A stretch of 64,000 nt of DNA, from positions 42,194 through 106,193 of the forward strand of contig CABTOK010000009.1 in NCBI GenBank assembly GCA_902486425.1, written 5' to 3'. The translations under genes and the position numbers were made by a program. The notes under the pieces were generated by a model. The model was not told the origin of the DNA. It was given only the letters and a program-made list of their open reading frames with translations, and searched no databases. Positions 10,323 to 20,350 of this stretch are shown here, one piece after another; the first letter of the stretch is position 1, and every line of letters starts with the position of its first letter. The DNA is from an uncultured Eubacteriales bacterium (lineage in GTDB: Bacteria; Bacillota; Clostridia; Christensenellales; Borkfalkiaceae).

Positions 10323-11102
10323 ATGATTCTTACGGCAGATTATCATACACATACGACTTACAGCCACGGCAAAGGCAGCGTTATGGACAATGCCGAAGCC
10401 GCAAAAAAAGCAGGACTTAAGGAGATTGCAATAAGCGACCACGGGTTCGGACAGCTCGCTTTCGGATTGAAAAAGAAGGATCTCGACTCGCTTATAAAAG
10501 ACTGCAAAAACGCGACCGAAGTAACGGGAGTTAAGACTCTCGTCGGAATTGAATCGAACTTTTTGTCGGACGGCGGCAAATGCGACTTAATAGAAGATTT
10601 ATATGATAAATTCGACGTGTTTTTAGCGGGCGCGCATAAGTTCGTCGCGTACAAAACGGGTACGTTCTTCAAATATTTCGTACCGACTTTATTTGACGGA
10701 ACATTTAAAATAAAGCCTTCGAAAGGTCTTATAAAAGAAACGACCGGAATGTATATAAACGTTATAAAGAACAATCCAGTGGACGCAATAACGCACCTTA
10801 ACTTCTGCTGTTTTGCCGACGCATACGAAGTGGCGAAAGCAGCCGCCGATTACGGCACTTATATTGAAATAAACGCTAAAAAAATCCATTTATCGGAAGA
10901 AGAACTCGAAAAGATTTTAAAAACAGACGCAAGATTTATTCTCTCTTCGGACGCGCACACGCCTGGCAGAGTGGGAGAAGTAAGTCTTGCTCTTAAAGTA
11001 GCCGAAGCCGCCGGCGTACCTGCGGACAGAATAGACAACGTCGACGGAAGAACTCCGAACTTCAGATTCGCTGCTTTCAAGAGTGCGGCGGGCAGATCTT
11101 AA
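10323..11102 (+). CDS. PHP-domain (histidinol-phosphatase-like) metal-dependent phosphoesterase
   Basis: N-terminal DYHTHTTYSHGKGS and later ISDHG and SSDAHTPGRVG His clusters typical of PHP. The start overlaps the murB stop. Confidence 0.7.
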   Translation: MILTADYHTHTTYSHGKGSVMDNAEAAKKAGLKEIAISDHGFGQLAFGLKKKDLDSLIKDCKNATEVTGVKTLVGIESNFLSDGGKCDLIEDLYDKFDVFLAGAHKFVAYKTGTFFKYFVPTLFDGTFKIKPSKGLIKETTGMYINVIKNNPVDAITHLNFCCFADAYEVAKAAADYGTYIEINAKKIHLSEEELEKILKTDARFILSSDAHTPGRVGEVSLALKVAEAAGVPADRIDNVDGRTPNFRFAAFKSAAGRS

Positions 11103-11135
11103 AAAAATCCGGACAAGCAATCAAGGCGGAAAATT

Positions 11136-12077
11136 ATGAATTTTACCGAAACAATAAAAGACGAAATAATTAAAAAAAATTCCGGGCAAAAGTGCTGCAA
11201 AAAGGCGTTTTTGGCGGGTTTTATAAGATCAACGGGTTCGATAGTGAGATCGGGCGGGAATTACGGTTTCATGTGTTCGACCGAAACACCTTCCGCCGCG
11301 GAATACGCCGCAAGGCTTATAAAAGCTCTGTATGGTTACGAAGGGGCGGAAATTTTCGCATCCGAAGACAAGCTCAACAAAAAAACGAGAGTCGATCTCG
11401 AATGTATAGGAGATAAACCCGTCGAAATACTTTTCGATCTCGGAATAATCGCTTACGACGAAGAAGGAGCTTTCGAATTAAGGCTCAAATCTAACAGAGA
11501 GCTTCTGAAAAAAGAATGTTGCAAAAAAGCGTTTATAAAGGGAATGTTTTTAGGAAGCGGTCACTGCACCGTACCTAATAATTCTTCCGCTACGGGCTAT
11601 CATCTCGAAGTCGTGTTCACTCACAACGTACCTGCATCGGATTTTGCGGAATATCTGGCGGAGTTCGGTATAATCGCAAAGACCATCGTAAGAAGAAGGT
11701 CTGTTGTCGTCTACATAAAGAGCGCGGAAGAAATCTCGGACTTTTTAGCGCTTATAGGTTGTCCTTCGGCGGTTCTCAAGCTTACCGAAAAGGTTGTCGA
11801 AAAGCAGCTTAATAACCGTATAAACCGTCAGAAGAATTGCGATCTCGCGAACGTAAACAAGCAGGTCGAAGCGCTTGAAAAATATTCGCAGGCGATAAAC
11901 TTAATTGCGTCTACCGTGGGGCTGTTTTCGCTCTCGGAGGAATTGCGTTCGGCGGCGGAAGCCAGAATAAATTATCCGGACGATACGCTTTCGGAACTTG
12001 CCGAAAGGCTTAACGTATCGAAGAGCTGTTTAAACCACAGGTTGAGACGTCTCGTGGCGATTGCGGATGAATTATAA
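11136..12077 (+). CDS. whiA: Sporulation/cell-division transcription regulator WhiA
   Basis: 313 aa with degenerate LAGLIDADG-like repeats (CCKKAFLAGFIRSTGSI ... CCKKAFIKGMFLGSG) and a C-terminal HTH. Confidence 0.85.
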   Translation: MNFTETIKDEIIKKNSGQKCCKKAFLAGFIRSTGSIVRSGGNYGFMCSTETPSAAEYAARLIKALYGYEGAEIFASEDKLNKKTRVDLECIGDKPVEILFDLGIIAYDEEGAFELRLKSNRELLKKECCKKAFIKGMFLGSGHCTVPNNSSATGYHLEVVFTHNVPASDFAEYLAEFGIIAKTIVRRRSVVVYIKSAEEISDFLALIGCPSAVLKLTEKVVEKQLNNRINRQKNCDLANVNKQVEALEKYSQAINLIASTVGLFSLSEELRSAAEARINYPDDTLSELAERLNVSKSCLNHRLRRLVAIADEL

Positions 12078-12233
12078 TAAACCTGTGTTTCCGGAACATA
12101 ACCAAAATATAAAATTATCCGTTCCGGAGCGATAGCATCATATCGCATGTATCGGCGAAACACTGCCATACATAGGGCGTACACAATGTTTTTCCGTCGG
12201 GAAACGTTACCATATTTATCAAAGGAAGAAAAA

Positions 12234-15200
12234 ATGTCTGATTTCGTTCACTTACATCTGCATACCGAATACAGTCTTTTAGACGGCGCGGTAAGAATAA
12301 AAAAGATTTTCGGAGAATGCAAAAAAAGGGGTATGGATACCGTCGCGATAACCGACCACGGCAACATGTTCGGCACGCTTAAATTTGCCGAAGCCGCAAA
12401 GCAAGCCGGTATAAAGGCGATAATCGGTTGCGAAATGTATATCTGCGACGATTATAAAGATAAAACCGGAAAGCAGAATTACGACCACATAATTCTTCTT
12501 TGCAAAAATAAAACGGGCTATAAAAACCTTATAAAACTTGATTCGATAGCTTACGTAGACGGATTTTACTATAAACCGAGAATAGATTATAAAACTCTCG
12601 CCGAACACAGCGAAGGTCTTATATGTCTTTCGGCGTGTCTTGCGGGCAGAGTGCAGAAGCGTCTCGTGCAGAACGATTACGAAGGAGCGAAGGAAACAGC
12701 TCTCTTTTTAAAAAGCGTGTTTAAGGACGACTTTTATCTTGAGATTCAGGACCACGGACTTGCCGATCAGAAGAGAATAAACCCGAGTCTTATAAGGCTT
12801 TCGAAGGAAACGGGTATTCCGATAGTCGCAACGAACGACGTGCATTATCTCAACAAAGAAGACGCCGAAATGCAGGACGTTATCATGTGCATTTCGATGA
12901 AAACGACAATCGACGATCCGAACAGACTTAAAATGGAAGCGAGCGAAAGCTATCTTAAAACTCCAGAAGAGATGAAGGAACTTTTTTCATATCTTCCGGA
13001 AGCCATCGAAAACACCGTAAAAATCGCGGATAAAGTTACCGAAGAAGTTTTTCCTTTGGACGATAAGGGCGTTCCGATAAAAGACTGGTCGCTTATCCCG
13101 AAGTATTATCCCGAAAACGGTCAGACGCCGAAAGAATATCTTTTCGATCTCGCGACAAAAGGACTTCACAAAAGATATAAAGAAATAACCAAAGAAATTC
13201 AGGACAGATTCGATTACGAATTCGATGTTATAAGTTCGATGGGCTTCTGCGACTACTATCTGATCGTATGGGACTTTATCAACTATGCCAAAAGCGTCGG
13301 CATCCCCGTCGGCGCGGGGAGAGGGTCGGGCGTTTCGAGCATCATAGCGTATTCTATCGGTATAACCGACGTGGAACCTTTAAGGTATCAGCTCATTTTC
13401 GAAAGATTTTTGAACAGAGAACGTGTATCCATGCCGGACTTCGACGTAGATATTTCGGATGCGAGAAGAGGCGAAGTAGTAGAATACGTAAGACACAAGT
13501 ACGGCTTCGACAAAGTCGCGCAGATAGTAACCTTCGGTACGCTCGCTTCGAAGCAGGCTATAAAAGACGTCGCGAGAGTTTACCGCATACCTTACGCTGA
13601 CAGCGATAAAATAACCAAGCTTATGGACGGAAAGTCCACCATAAAGCAGTCGCTCGGAATGGAAAATTTACCGGACGGCACCTATGTGGGCGTTCAGGAT
13701 CTAATAGATATTTACAATTCCGATCCGCAGCTTAAAAAGATTATAGACATGGCTGTAAAGGTCGAAGGCTTGCCGAGAAACACTTCCATGCACGCCGCCG
13801 GCGTAGTTATATGCGAAAAGCCTATTATGAACAACGTTCCGCTTCAGCGTAACGGCGACGACGTCACGACGCAGTTCGACATGATCGAAGTCGAATCTCT
13901 CGGCATGCTCAAGATGGACTTTTTGGGGCTCCGTACTCTTACCGACGTTCAGGACGCATGCAAATACGTTAAAGAAGACTTCGGCAAAGATCTCGACTTC
14001 CACGAAATAGGTTACGAAGATCAGGGCGCGTACGAACTCATCGGTTCCGGCCTTACCGACGCCGTGTTCCAGCTTGAAAGTCCGGGCATGAAAAAGTTCA
14101 TGAAGGAACTTAAACCGACCACCTTCGAAGATATCATAGCGGGTATTTCGCTTTATCGTCCCGGTCCTATGGATTCCATACCGCAGTATATAAGGAACAA
14201 GCATCATCCGGAAGACATAGTTTACGACCACCCGATGATGGAACCCATACTTAAAAACAGTTACGGCGTTCTTATTTATCAGGAACAGGTTATGCAGGTT
14301 TGTCAGCAGCTCGGCGGATTTACTTTAGGTCACGCGGACATCGTTCGTAAGGCAATGGGTAAAAAGAAAATAAAGATAATGGACGAGCAGGAAGAAATTT
14401 TTATCCACGGAGGTATAAACGAACACACCGGTCTCCCCGTAGAAGGCGCGGTCAAACGCGGCGTCCCCGAAGACGTAGCGTTCAAAATTTACGAGGGCAT
14501 GAAGCCTTTCGCCAGATATGCGTTCAACAAGTCGCACGCCGCGGCTTATGCGGTGCTTGCGTACGAAACGGCATATCTTAAAAAATATTATCCAACGCAG
14601 TTCATGACGTCCATTCTGAACAACAGAATAGATAAGTCGGACGAAATTTCAAAATATCTCGCTTACTTAAAATCGATTGGAACGAAAGTATATCAGCCGG
14701 ACATAAACCTTTCGAAGGCTTATTACCACACCGAAGGCAACGGTATACGAATAGGTCTCGTTTCGCTTAAGAATATCGGTATAAACGTAATAAACGATAT
14801 AGTAAACGAAAGAGATGCAAACGGCAAGTACACGTCGTTCGAAGATTTTATTTCGCGCTGTGCGGACTTCGGAATGAACAAGCGTATGATCGAAAACCTG
14901 ATTTACGCCGGCGCTTTCGACTGCTTCGGCGTGAAAAGATCGCAGCTTATCGCGGTATATTCGGGATTTACCGATAAAATCATTGAAAGAAACAAGAAAA
15001 AGGCTTCCGCGCAGATGTCGATTTTCGGAACGCTCATAAAAGACGACGATCTTTATAAGCTCGAATATCCCGACATACCGGAATACGATTCGAAGTATAA
15101 ACTTCAGAAAGAAAAGGAAGTTATAGGCGAATATATAACGGGACATCCGCTCGCGGATTTTTCGGAACAGTTTTCAAAATACAAGTTCGACACGAGGCAG

Positions 15201-15758
15201 CTCACCTATTACGACGAAGACGAAAACGGTGACAGAACTTACACTGCCGTAAAAGAGGGCGACAGAGTAAGATTCGGCGGGATAATCACCAAGTTCGAAA
15301 AGATAGTTACAAAAAAGAACACGAACATGGGTGTTATGACGGTCGAAGATTTGTACGGTCCTATAGAATGTACTCTCTTTTCGAGAACGTACGAACAGTA
15401 TAAAAACATCGCGAAGGAAGACGAAGTAGTCGAAATCGGCGGAAGACTCCACATAAAAGACAACAGAGTTTCGGTTAATCTCGACGACCTTAAACTTATA
15501 AAGACCGAAGCGGCGGAAAAAAACGAACCCGTCGATCAGGAATATTTAGGACTTATAATTCCCGATAAAACGCTCGGATATCTCGACAATATTTTAGACG
15601 TTTTAACTTGTTACGAAGGCGATATTCCCGTATTTATAAGCAAAGAAGGCAAAAAATTCGACGCGAAATGCAGCGTGAGAAAGTGCGACGGGCTTTTAAG
15701 CGAACTTTCGATTTATCTTGACGACGGCGACATAGTTTTCTTCAAAAAGAAAAAATAA
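12234..15758 (+). CDS. dnaE: DNA polymerase III alpha subunit
   Basis: 1174 aa. N-terminal PHP (MSDFVHLHLHTEYSLLDGA), polymerase core (GRGSGVSSIIAYSIGITDVEP) and OB fold. Start taken at 12234 (RBS AAAGGAAGAAAAAATG), not the upstream in-frame ATG at 12147. Confidence 0.9.
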   Translation: MSDFVHLHLHTEYSLLDGAVRIKKIFGECKKRGMDTVAITDHGNMFGTLKFAEAAKQAGIKAIIGCEMYICDDYKDKTGKQNYDHIILLCKNKTGYKNLIKLDSIAYVDGFYYKPRIDYKTLAEHSEGLICLSACLAGRVQKRLVQNDYEGAKETALFLKSVFKDDFYLEIQDHGLADQKRINPSLIRLSKETGIPIVATNDVHYLNKEDAEMQDVIMCISMKTTIDDPNRLKMEASESYLKTPEEMKELFSYLPEAIENTVKIADKVTEEVFPLDDKGVPIKDWSLIPKYYPENGQTPKEYLFDLATKGLHKRYKEITKEIQDRFDYEFDVISSMGFCDYYLIVWDFINYAKSVGIPVGAGRGSGVSSIIAYSIGITDVEPLRYQLIFERFLNRERVSMPDFDVDISDARRGEVVEYVRHKYGFDKVAQIVTFGTLASKQAIKDVARVYRIPYADSDKITKLMDGKSTIKQSLGMENLPDGTYVGVQDLIDIYNSDPQLKKIIDMAVKVEGLPRNTSMHAAGVVICEKPIMNNVPLQRNGDDVTTQFDMIEVESLGMLKMDFLGLRTLTDVQDACKYVKEDFGKDLDFHEIGYEDQGAYELIGSGLTDAVFQLESPGMKKFMKELKPTTFEDIIAGISLYRPGPMDSIPQYIRNKHHPEDIVYDHPMMEPILKNSYGVLIYQEQVMQVCQQLGGFTLGHADIVRKAMGKKKIKIMDEQEEIFIHGGINEHTGLPVEGAVKRGVPEDVAFKIYEGMKPFARYAFNKSHAAAYAVLAYETAYLKKYYPTQFMTSILNNRIDKSDEISKYLAYLKSIGTKVYQPDINLSKAYYHTEGNGIRIGLVSLKNIGINVINDIVNERDANGKYTSFEDFISRCADFGMNKRMIENLIYAGAFDCFGVKRSQLIAVYSGFTDKIIERNKKKASAQMSIFGTLIKDDDLYKLEYPDIPEYDSKYKLQKEKEVIGEYITGHPLADFSEQFSKYKFDTRQLTYYDEDENGDRTYTAVKEGDRVRFGGIITKFEKIVTKKNTNMGVMTVEDLYGPIECTLFSRTYEQYKNIAKEDEVVEIGGRLHIKDNRVSVNLDDLKLIKTEAAEKNEPVDQEYLGLIIPDKTLGYLDNILDVLTCYEGDIPVFISKEGKKFDAKCSVRKCDGLLSELSIYLDDGDIVFFKKKK

Positions 15759-15985
15759 CTTAAGAATATAAAAAATCGTTGTATTTTTAAAGTTTTTTTG
15801 CTAAAATATACGTAAAAGAGCCGTATAAAAGATTTGAGTTTTTATAAAGAACGGTTATTTTTAAAAGTTATTACGGTTTTTGCGGCAATTCTGCAATAAA
15901 CCGATTCATAAAATCATTTAAGATTCGGACGGCGGATAAAATCCCGCTTCCTAAAAAATCGGGTACTTTCAAGGAGGTATCTAGC

Positions 15986-16951
15986 ATGAAAAGAATAGGT
16001 ATTTTAACGAGCGGCGGCGACGCCCCCGGCATGAACGCCGCGATAAGAGCGGCTGTAAGATCGGCGCTTTCTTTCGGGCTCGAAGTTTACGGAATCGAAA
16101 GAGGATACGAAGGTCTTATTCACGGTCAGATCGAAAGACTCGAAAGTCGCTCTGTTTCCGATATGATTCAGCGCGGCGGCACTTTTTTGAAGACTGCGAG
16201 AAGCGAAGAATTCAAAACGGAAGAAGGTCAGCGTAAAGCTGCGGACGAGCTTGAAGCGTACGGAATAGACGGACTTATCGTAATCGGCGGCGACGGATCA
16301 TTCCACGGGGCGAAAATTCTTTCCGAAAAGTTCGGCATAAAGTGTATGGGTATTCCCGGAACCATCGACAACGATCTTGCTTATACCGATTATACTCTTG
16401 GCTTCGATACGGCGGTGAACACCGTTCTGACGGCTATCAATAATTTAAGAGACACGATGCAGTCGCACGACAGAGTTTCTTTAATAGAAGTTATGGGAAG
16501 AAGCTGCGGCGACATAGCTCTTTATGCGGGCGTAGCCGGCGGCGCGGAATATATTCTTATACCCGAAAAGCCCTACGATCTCGACGAAATCGCAAAATCT
16601 TTGATAAAGAGCAAACTCCGCGGAAAAACTTCCAACATGATAGTTCTTGCGGAAGGCGCTGGTGACAGAGACCAGATAGTAAGCTATCTTATGGAAAAGG
16701 CGGGCGTCGATATAAAGATGACTCACTTAGGTCACGTTCAGCGCGGCGGTTCGCCTACAATGGCGGACAGAATCCTCGCAAGCCGGTTTGCAGTGAGAGC
16801 GGTAAAGGAACTTATGGACGAAAATTCCGTTCCGGCGGCTATCGGCATAAAGGGTAACGAGGTCGTTGCCGTTCCTTTCGAAGAAGTATTCAATACCCCG
16901 AAAACTTTCGACGAAGAACTTTATAACATAGCGCAGATTCTCGGAAAATAA
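15986..16951 (+). CDS. pfkA: ATP-dependent 6-phosphofructokinase
   Basis: 321 aa with GILTSGGDAPGMNAAIRA, GGDGS and MGR motifs. Perfect RBS CAAGGAGGTATCTAGCATG. Classic dnaE-pfkA neighbourhood. Confidence 0.9.
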   Translation: MKRIGILTSGGDAPGMNAAIRAAVRSALSFGLEVYGIERGYEGLIHGQIERLESRSVSDMIQRGGTFLKTARSEEFKTEEGQRKAADELEAYGIDGLIVIGGDGSFHGAKILSEKFGIKCMGIPGTIDNDLAYTDYTLGFDTAVNTVLTAINNLRDTMQSHDRVSLIEVMGRSCGDIALYAGVAGGAEYILIPEKPYDLDEIAKSLIKSKLRGKTSNMIVLAEGAGDRDQIVSYLMEKAGVDIKMTHLGHVQRGGSPTMADRILASRFAVRAVKELMDENSVPAAIGIKGNEVVAVPFEEVFNTPKTFDEELYNIAQILGK

Positions 16952-17052
16952 TAAAATAAAAGCCGGTTACGGCGTTAAAAAGTTAGTAATTTCCGCAAAT
17001 ATCGCGGAATTATCATAAAACACTAATAAAAAAGGTTAAAGGAGACTTAATC

Positions 17053-18300
17053 ATGAAAAATCTTAAAGGCGCGTTAATGTTCGCGCAGTCGGGCGGTCCT
17101 ACTTCAGTTATCAACGCAAGTGCGGCAGGCGTATTTATCGAAGGTCTTAAATCCGAAGCCGTTACGGCTGTTTACGGCGCGGCTCACGGTATAAAGGGCG
17201 TTCTTAACGAAGAATTTTACGATATTTCGAAAGAAGATCCGAAAGAACTCGAACTTTTGAAATATACTCCCTCGTCGGCTTTAGGTTCTGTAAGATACAA
17301 ACTTAAAGACGCGAAGGTAGACGACACCGATTATAAGAGAATTCTCGAAGTATTCAAAAAATATAACGTTCGTTTCTTCTTCTACAACGGCGGAAACGAT
17401 TCTATGGACACCTGCAACAAGATCTCGAAGTATCTTGCTAAATCCGGCTACGATTGCAACGTAATCGGCGTTCCCAAAACAATCGACAATGACCTTTACG
17501 GAACCGATCACTGCCCCGGATACGCTTCGGCGGCTAAATACATCGCTACCACCATTATGGAAGTAAATCTCGACGCGAGAGTTTACGACACCCCGATGGT
17601 TTGCGTTATCGAATGTATGGGCAGAAATGCAGGCTGGCTTACCGCCGCTGCTAAACTCGCTACCTACAAAGGACTCGGCGCGGATCTTATTTATCTTCCC
17701 GAAGTTGATTTCGATATCGACAAATTCGTTGCGGACGTAAAAGACGTTTGTGCGAAGAAGAACAATAAGTGTATTGCTGTCGTTTCGGAAGGTATCCACA
17801 ATAAAGAAGGCAAACTTATCTGCGAAGTTTTGGGCGAAACCGGCGCGAGAGACAGCTTCGGCCACGCTCAGCTCGGCGGCGTTGCTGCGGGACTTGCTAA
17901 CCTTATCAAGAACGAAACGGGCTTCAAGACGAGAGGAATCGAACTTTCGCTTATGCAGAGATGCGGCGCTCATTTAGCGTCGAAGACCGACGTCGAAGAA
18001 ACCTTCAAAGCGGGCAGAAAGGCTGTTCAGGCTGCGGTTTCCGGCAAGACCGACAAGATGGTTTGCTACGAAAGAAAGGACGGCGATAAATATAAGATCG
18101 CTTATAAACTTCTTCCGCTTAAACTTGCCGCTAATACCGAAAAGACCGTTCCCCTCGAATGGATAACCGATAACGGAACCAACGTTTCGGACGAATACGT
18201 TAAATACGCTCTTCCGCTTATTCAGGGCGACGCTAAAGCTCCGCTCGAAGACGGACTTCCGAGATTTGCTAAACTCAAAAAGGTTCTCGTTAAAGAATAA
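17053..18300 (+). CDS. pfp: Second phosphofructokinase of the long (about 415 aa) PPi-type group
   Basis: PFK fold with GGPTSVINAS and YNGGNDSMDT (GGxDS where ATP enzymes have GGDGS) and MGR. Length and motif substitutions are typical of pyrophosphate-dependent PFKs. Confidence 0.6.
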   Translation: MKNLKGALMFAQSGGPTSVINASAAGVFIEGLKSEAVTAVYGAAHGIKGVLNEEFYDISKEDPKELELLKYTPSSALGSVRYKLKDAKVDDTDYKRILEVFKKYNVRFFFYNGGNDSMDTCNKISKYLAKSGYDCNVIGVPKTIDNDLYGTDHCPGYASAAKYIATTIMEVNLDARVYDTPMVCVIECMGRNAGWLTAAAKLATYKGLGADLIYLPEVDFDIDKFVADVKDVCAKKNNKCIAVVSEGIHNKEGKLICEVLGETGARDSFGHAQLGGVAAGLANLIKNETGFKTRGIELSLMQRCGAHLASKTDVEETFKAGRKAVQAAVSGKTDKMVCYERKDGDKYKIAYKLLPLKLAANTEKTVPLEWITDNGTNVSDEYVKYALPLIQGDAKAPLEDGLPRFAKLKKVLVKE

Positions 18301-18338
18301 TCGGATATAGCGAATAAGTCTTATAATAAAATAATTCA

Positions 18339-18376
18339 TAAACCGTTCCTTGAATAAGGGACGGTTTATTTTTTTG
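18339..18376 (+). terminator. Rho-independent terminator after the PFK pair
   Basis: AAACCGTTCCTTGAATAAGGGACGGTTTATTTTTTT. Confidence 0.7.
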
Positions 18377-18714
18377 GTATTAAAAATATATGAAGCCGTT
18401 TTTTGCTCATAAAAAATGGCACATATAAAGCAAATTATTTTTATATAAAAGATAGAGACCGTATAAAAAACGGTCGCTTTTTCTCGCAAACGGTTCGCCG
18501 AAAGTCTATCATAACATAAAAAGAGCTACGATAAAAATATAATATAAAGTTATTTAATTGGTAACATTTTGAATAACAAAACTGCGTCTTAAAAAATCTA
18601 TTTTTAAATCTTAACGCCTATTGAAAAACAAAAAAAATTATGATACAATATCGATAAGCAAGAAAAGACATTATAAAGATATATTTTTTTATTTTAGTAT
18701 AGGAGGTTAATCTG

Positions 18715-19230
18715 ATGGAAAAGAAAAATTTTAACCGTGGAACTATGGGCGGCGGCATTGCCAGAATAATTATTGCGTTGGTTGCGGCGATAATTGCCGT
18801 TACGGTTATCTGTTCCGGTATAAAGTCGTACGATCCTGAAGATAAGTTCGGAACGGTGTTCATGTGTCTGATCGGGGGAATAATGATTGTCGCGTCGATC
18901 GGCTTTATTTGTAACGGCGTAAAAATGATTCTTGACGGCAAAAAGTCGTTTGAAGTTTCTCGTAAAGGTCACTCAGAGAACGGAAGAATAACAGACTTAT
19001 CCGAAACCGAAGTAACCGAAAATAACAACGGATGCATATCTAATTACACGATATATAACCTGAAGTTTGAATATACGGACGATTCCGGCAACTTGTGCGA
19101 AAGTCAGGAACAGATCAGTCAGAATGTTTACGAAAAGTTACGGCAAATGGCTCTCGTTCCGATTCTTGTATACGGTGAGCGCGCTATATTCGATAAAAAA
19201 AGATTCGATAACGAAAACAATATAGGCTAA
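18715..19230 (+). CDS. Hypothetical small membrane protein (2 TM helices plus soluble C-terminal domain)
   Basis: 171-aa ORF with RBS TAGGAGGTTAATCTGATG and two hydrophobic helices near the N-terminus. A terminator hairpin lies at 19279-19312. Confidence 0.5.
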   Translation: MEKKNFNRGTMGGGIARIIIALVAAIIAVTVICSGIKSYDPEDKFGTVFMCLIGGIMIVASIGFICNGVKMILDGKKSFEVSRKGHSENGRITDLSETEVTENNNGCISNYTIYNLKFEYTDDSGNLCESQEQISQNVYEKLRQMALVPILVYGERAIFDKKRFDNENNIG

Positions 19231-20271
19231 ACCTGTATTTATTACGAATTTATTTATGATCTTATATTAACAAAATCAACTCGTCTGAAACTAAGAACTT
19301 CGGACGAGTTTTTTATTATTTGTCCGCTTATCGGAAATATGTCGTGGAACTAAAAATAAAAAACGGGAAAAGAACGGGGGAGAAGATTTGTTCTTAAAAA
19401 AAGACCGTTCTGCGAAAATTTAAAAGTAAAAAACCGACGATTTTATCCGCCGGCTGTATAGTTCGAAAGTATTCAGTTGTGCCTGCCGTTTTTGCGTAGC
19501 CGACTTTTACCGCTGTAAGCGAATGAATATCGTTTGTTCCTTTTAAGTAAGTCTTTTACGTTTGAGAGCAGGAGTTAATAGAGTAGATCGGACCATACCT
19601 CCTTTATAAAATGCGTCCTTGTATCCTTATCATAAATAATTCTCCCTATTAAGGATTGTATATAGGCTTGGTTCGTGTGAGCCTGTTTGAAATTAAACCG
19701 CTTGATGTCTCCTTTTGTATTGTATTTTGGTTTAATTATCGGGTTATAACTGCATCGGTCTGTACCTCCTTTTGATATTAAGTAGTTGTGATGTGCATCG
19801 GACCATACCTCCTTGTGTAAATTTTGGCTGAATTGCGATCTTTGTATCAAAAACCGACTTTGTAATTATTTCATCGGACCGTACCTCCTTGTGTGGCTTA
19901 TCTATATCTGCTTGCCTTTACGGGGCAAGGTATCATATCATAATTCCGTTTAATATCTTCGGTGGTCTGTACCTCCTTTATTTTCAGTCTGATTTATGTT
20001 TCACTTCTGCATCGGTCTGCACCTCCTTTATTATTTAAGAATCTGTTTTAAGGTTAAATTTTATTTTAATAGATTATTTGAATTTTCGGGGTATACCTCC
20101 TTTTTGTTATTATGTTGCCGTTATAAGATCAGTTATATTTCGGACCGTACCTCCTTGGTATTATTTTATAGAATGTTTGAAGTTTACGTTTCGGGTGGTC
20201 TGTACCTCCTTGTTTATTTTGGGTGGAAACTCTGAATTTTTTGTTTAAGTTCTTGCCGTTCCCTTATTTCT
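19231..20271 (-). ncRNA. Candidate long noncoding transcript carrying the nine SD-like repeats
   Basis: Transcription is inferred from the consensus promoter at 20278-20306 (minus strand) firing into the array. The 3-prime end is unknown; a possible stop is the bidirectional hairpin at 19279-19312. There is no coding potential. Confidence 0.3.
19587..20211. repeat. Array of 9 direct repeats of a 17-21 nt motif with core TACCTCCTT; on the minus strand each reads AAGGAGGTA(C/T)(A/G)G(A/T)CCGA, a perfect Shine-Dalgarno
   Basis: Copies at 19587-19604, 19754-19771, 19797-19814, 19873-19890, 19958-19978, 20011-20028, 20085-20102, 20139-20156 and 20191-20211. Spacers are non-homologous and range from 25 to 149 nt. 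No ORF of 60 aa or more lies in the region apart from a read-through artefact. Confidence 0.85.
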
Positions 20272-20277
20272 GCCTTT

Positions 20278-20306
20278 ATTATAGCAGACGGAAAAGCGTT
20301 TGTCAA
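20278..20306 (-). promoter_or_regulatory. Perfect consensus extended-minus-10 sigma-70 promoter (TTGACA-17-TGcTATAAT) on the minus strand, reading into the repeat array
   Basis: Minus-strand TTGACA equals plus 20301-20306. The 17-nt spacer is plus 20284-20300. TATAAT equals plus 20278-20283, preceded by TG. Confidence 0.7.
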
Positions 20307-20350
20307 TAGGTAAATGAAAATTTTCTTAAATTTTTATTTACAAAAACCGC

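Noticed and set aside
12147-12233. Upstream in-frame start for dnaE
   Set aside because: No RBS. The conserved PHP N-terminus begins at MSDFVHLHLHTEYS, 29 codons later, with a good SD.
19575-19850. 91-aa minus-strand ORF covering part of the repeat array
   Set aside because: It contains KEVWSD twice, which is simply AAGGAGGTATGGTCCGAT translated. It is low-complexity with no RBS, and the repeat spacing is not a multiple of 3. It is an artefact of the repeats.
19587-20211. CRISPR array hypothesis for the nine direct repeats
   Set aside because: Repeats are only 17-21 nt and degenerate. Spacers are highly unequal, 25-149 nt. No cas genes or leader-like structure are present. Every repeat is an SD sequence.
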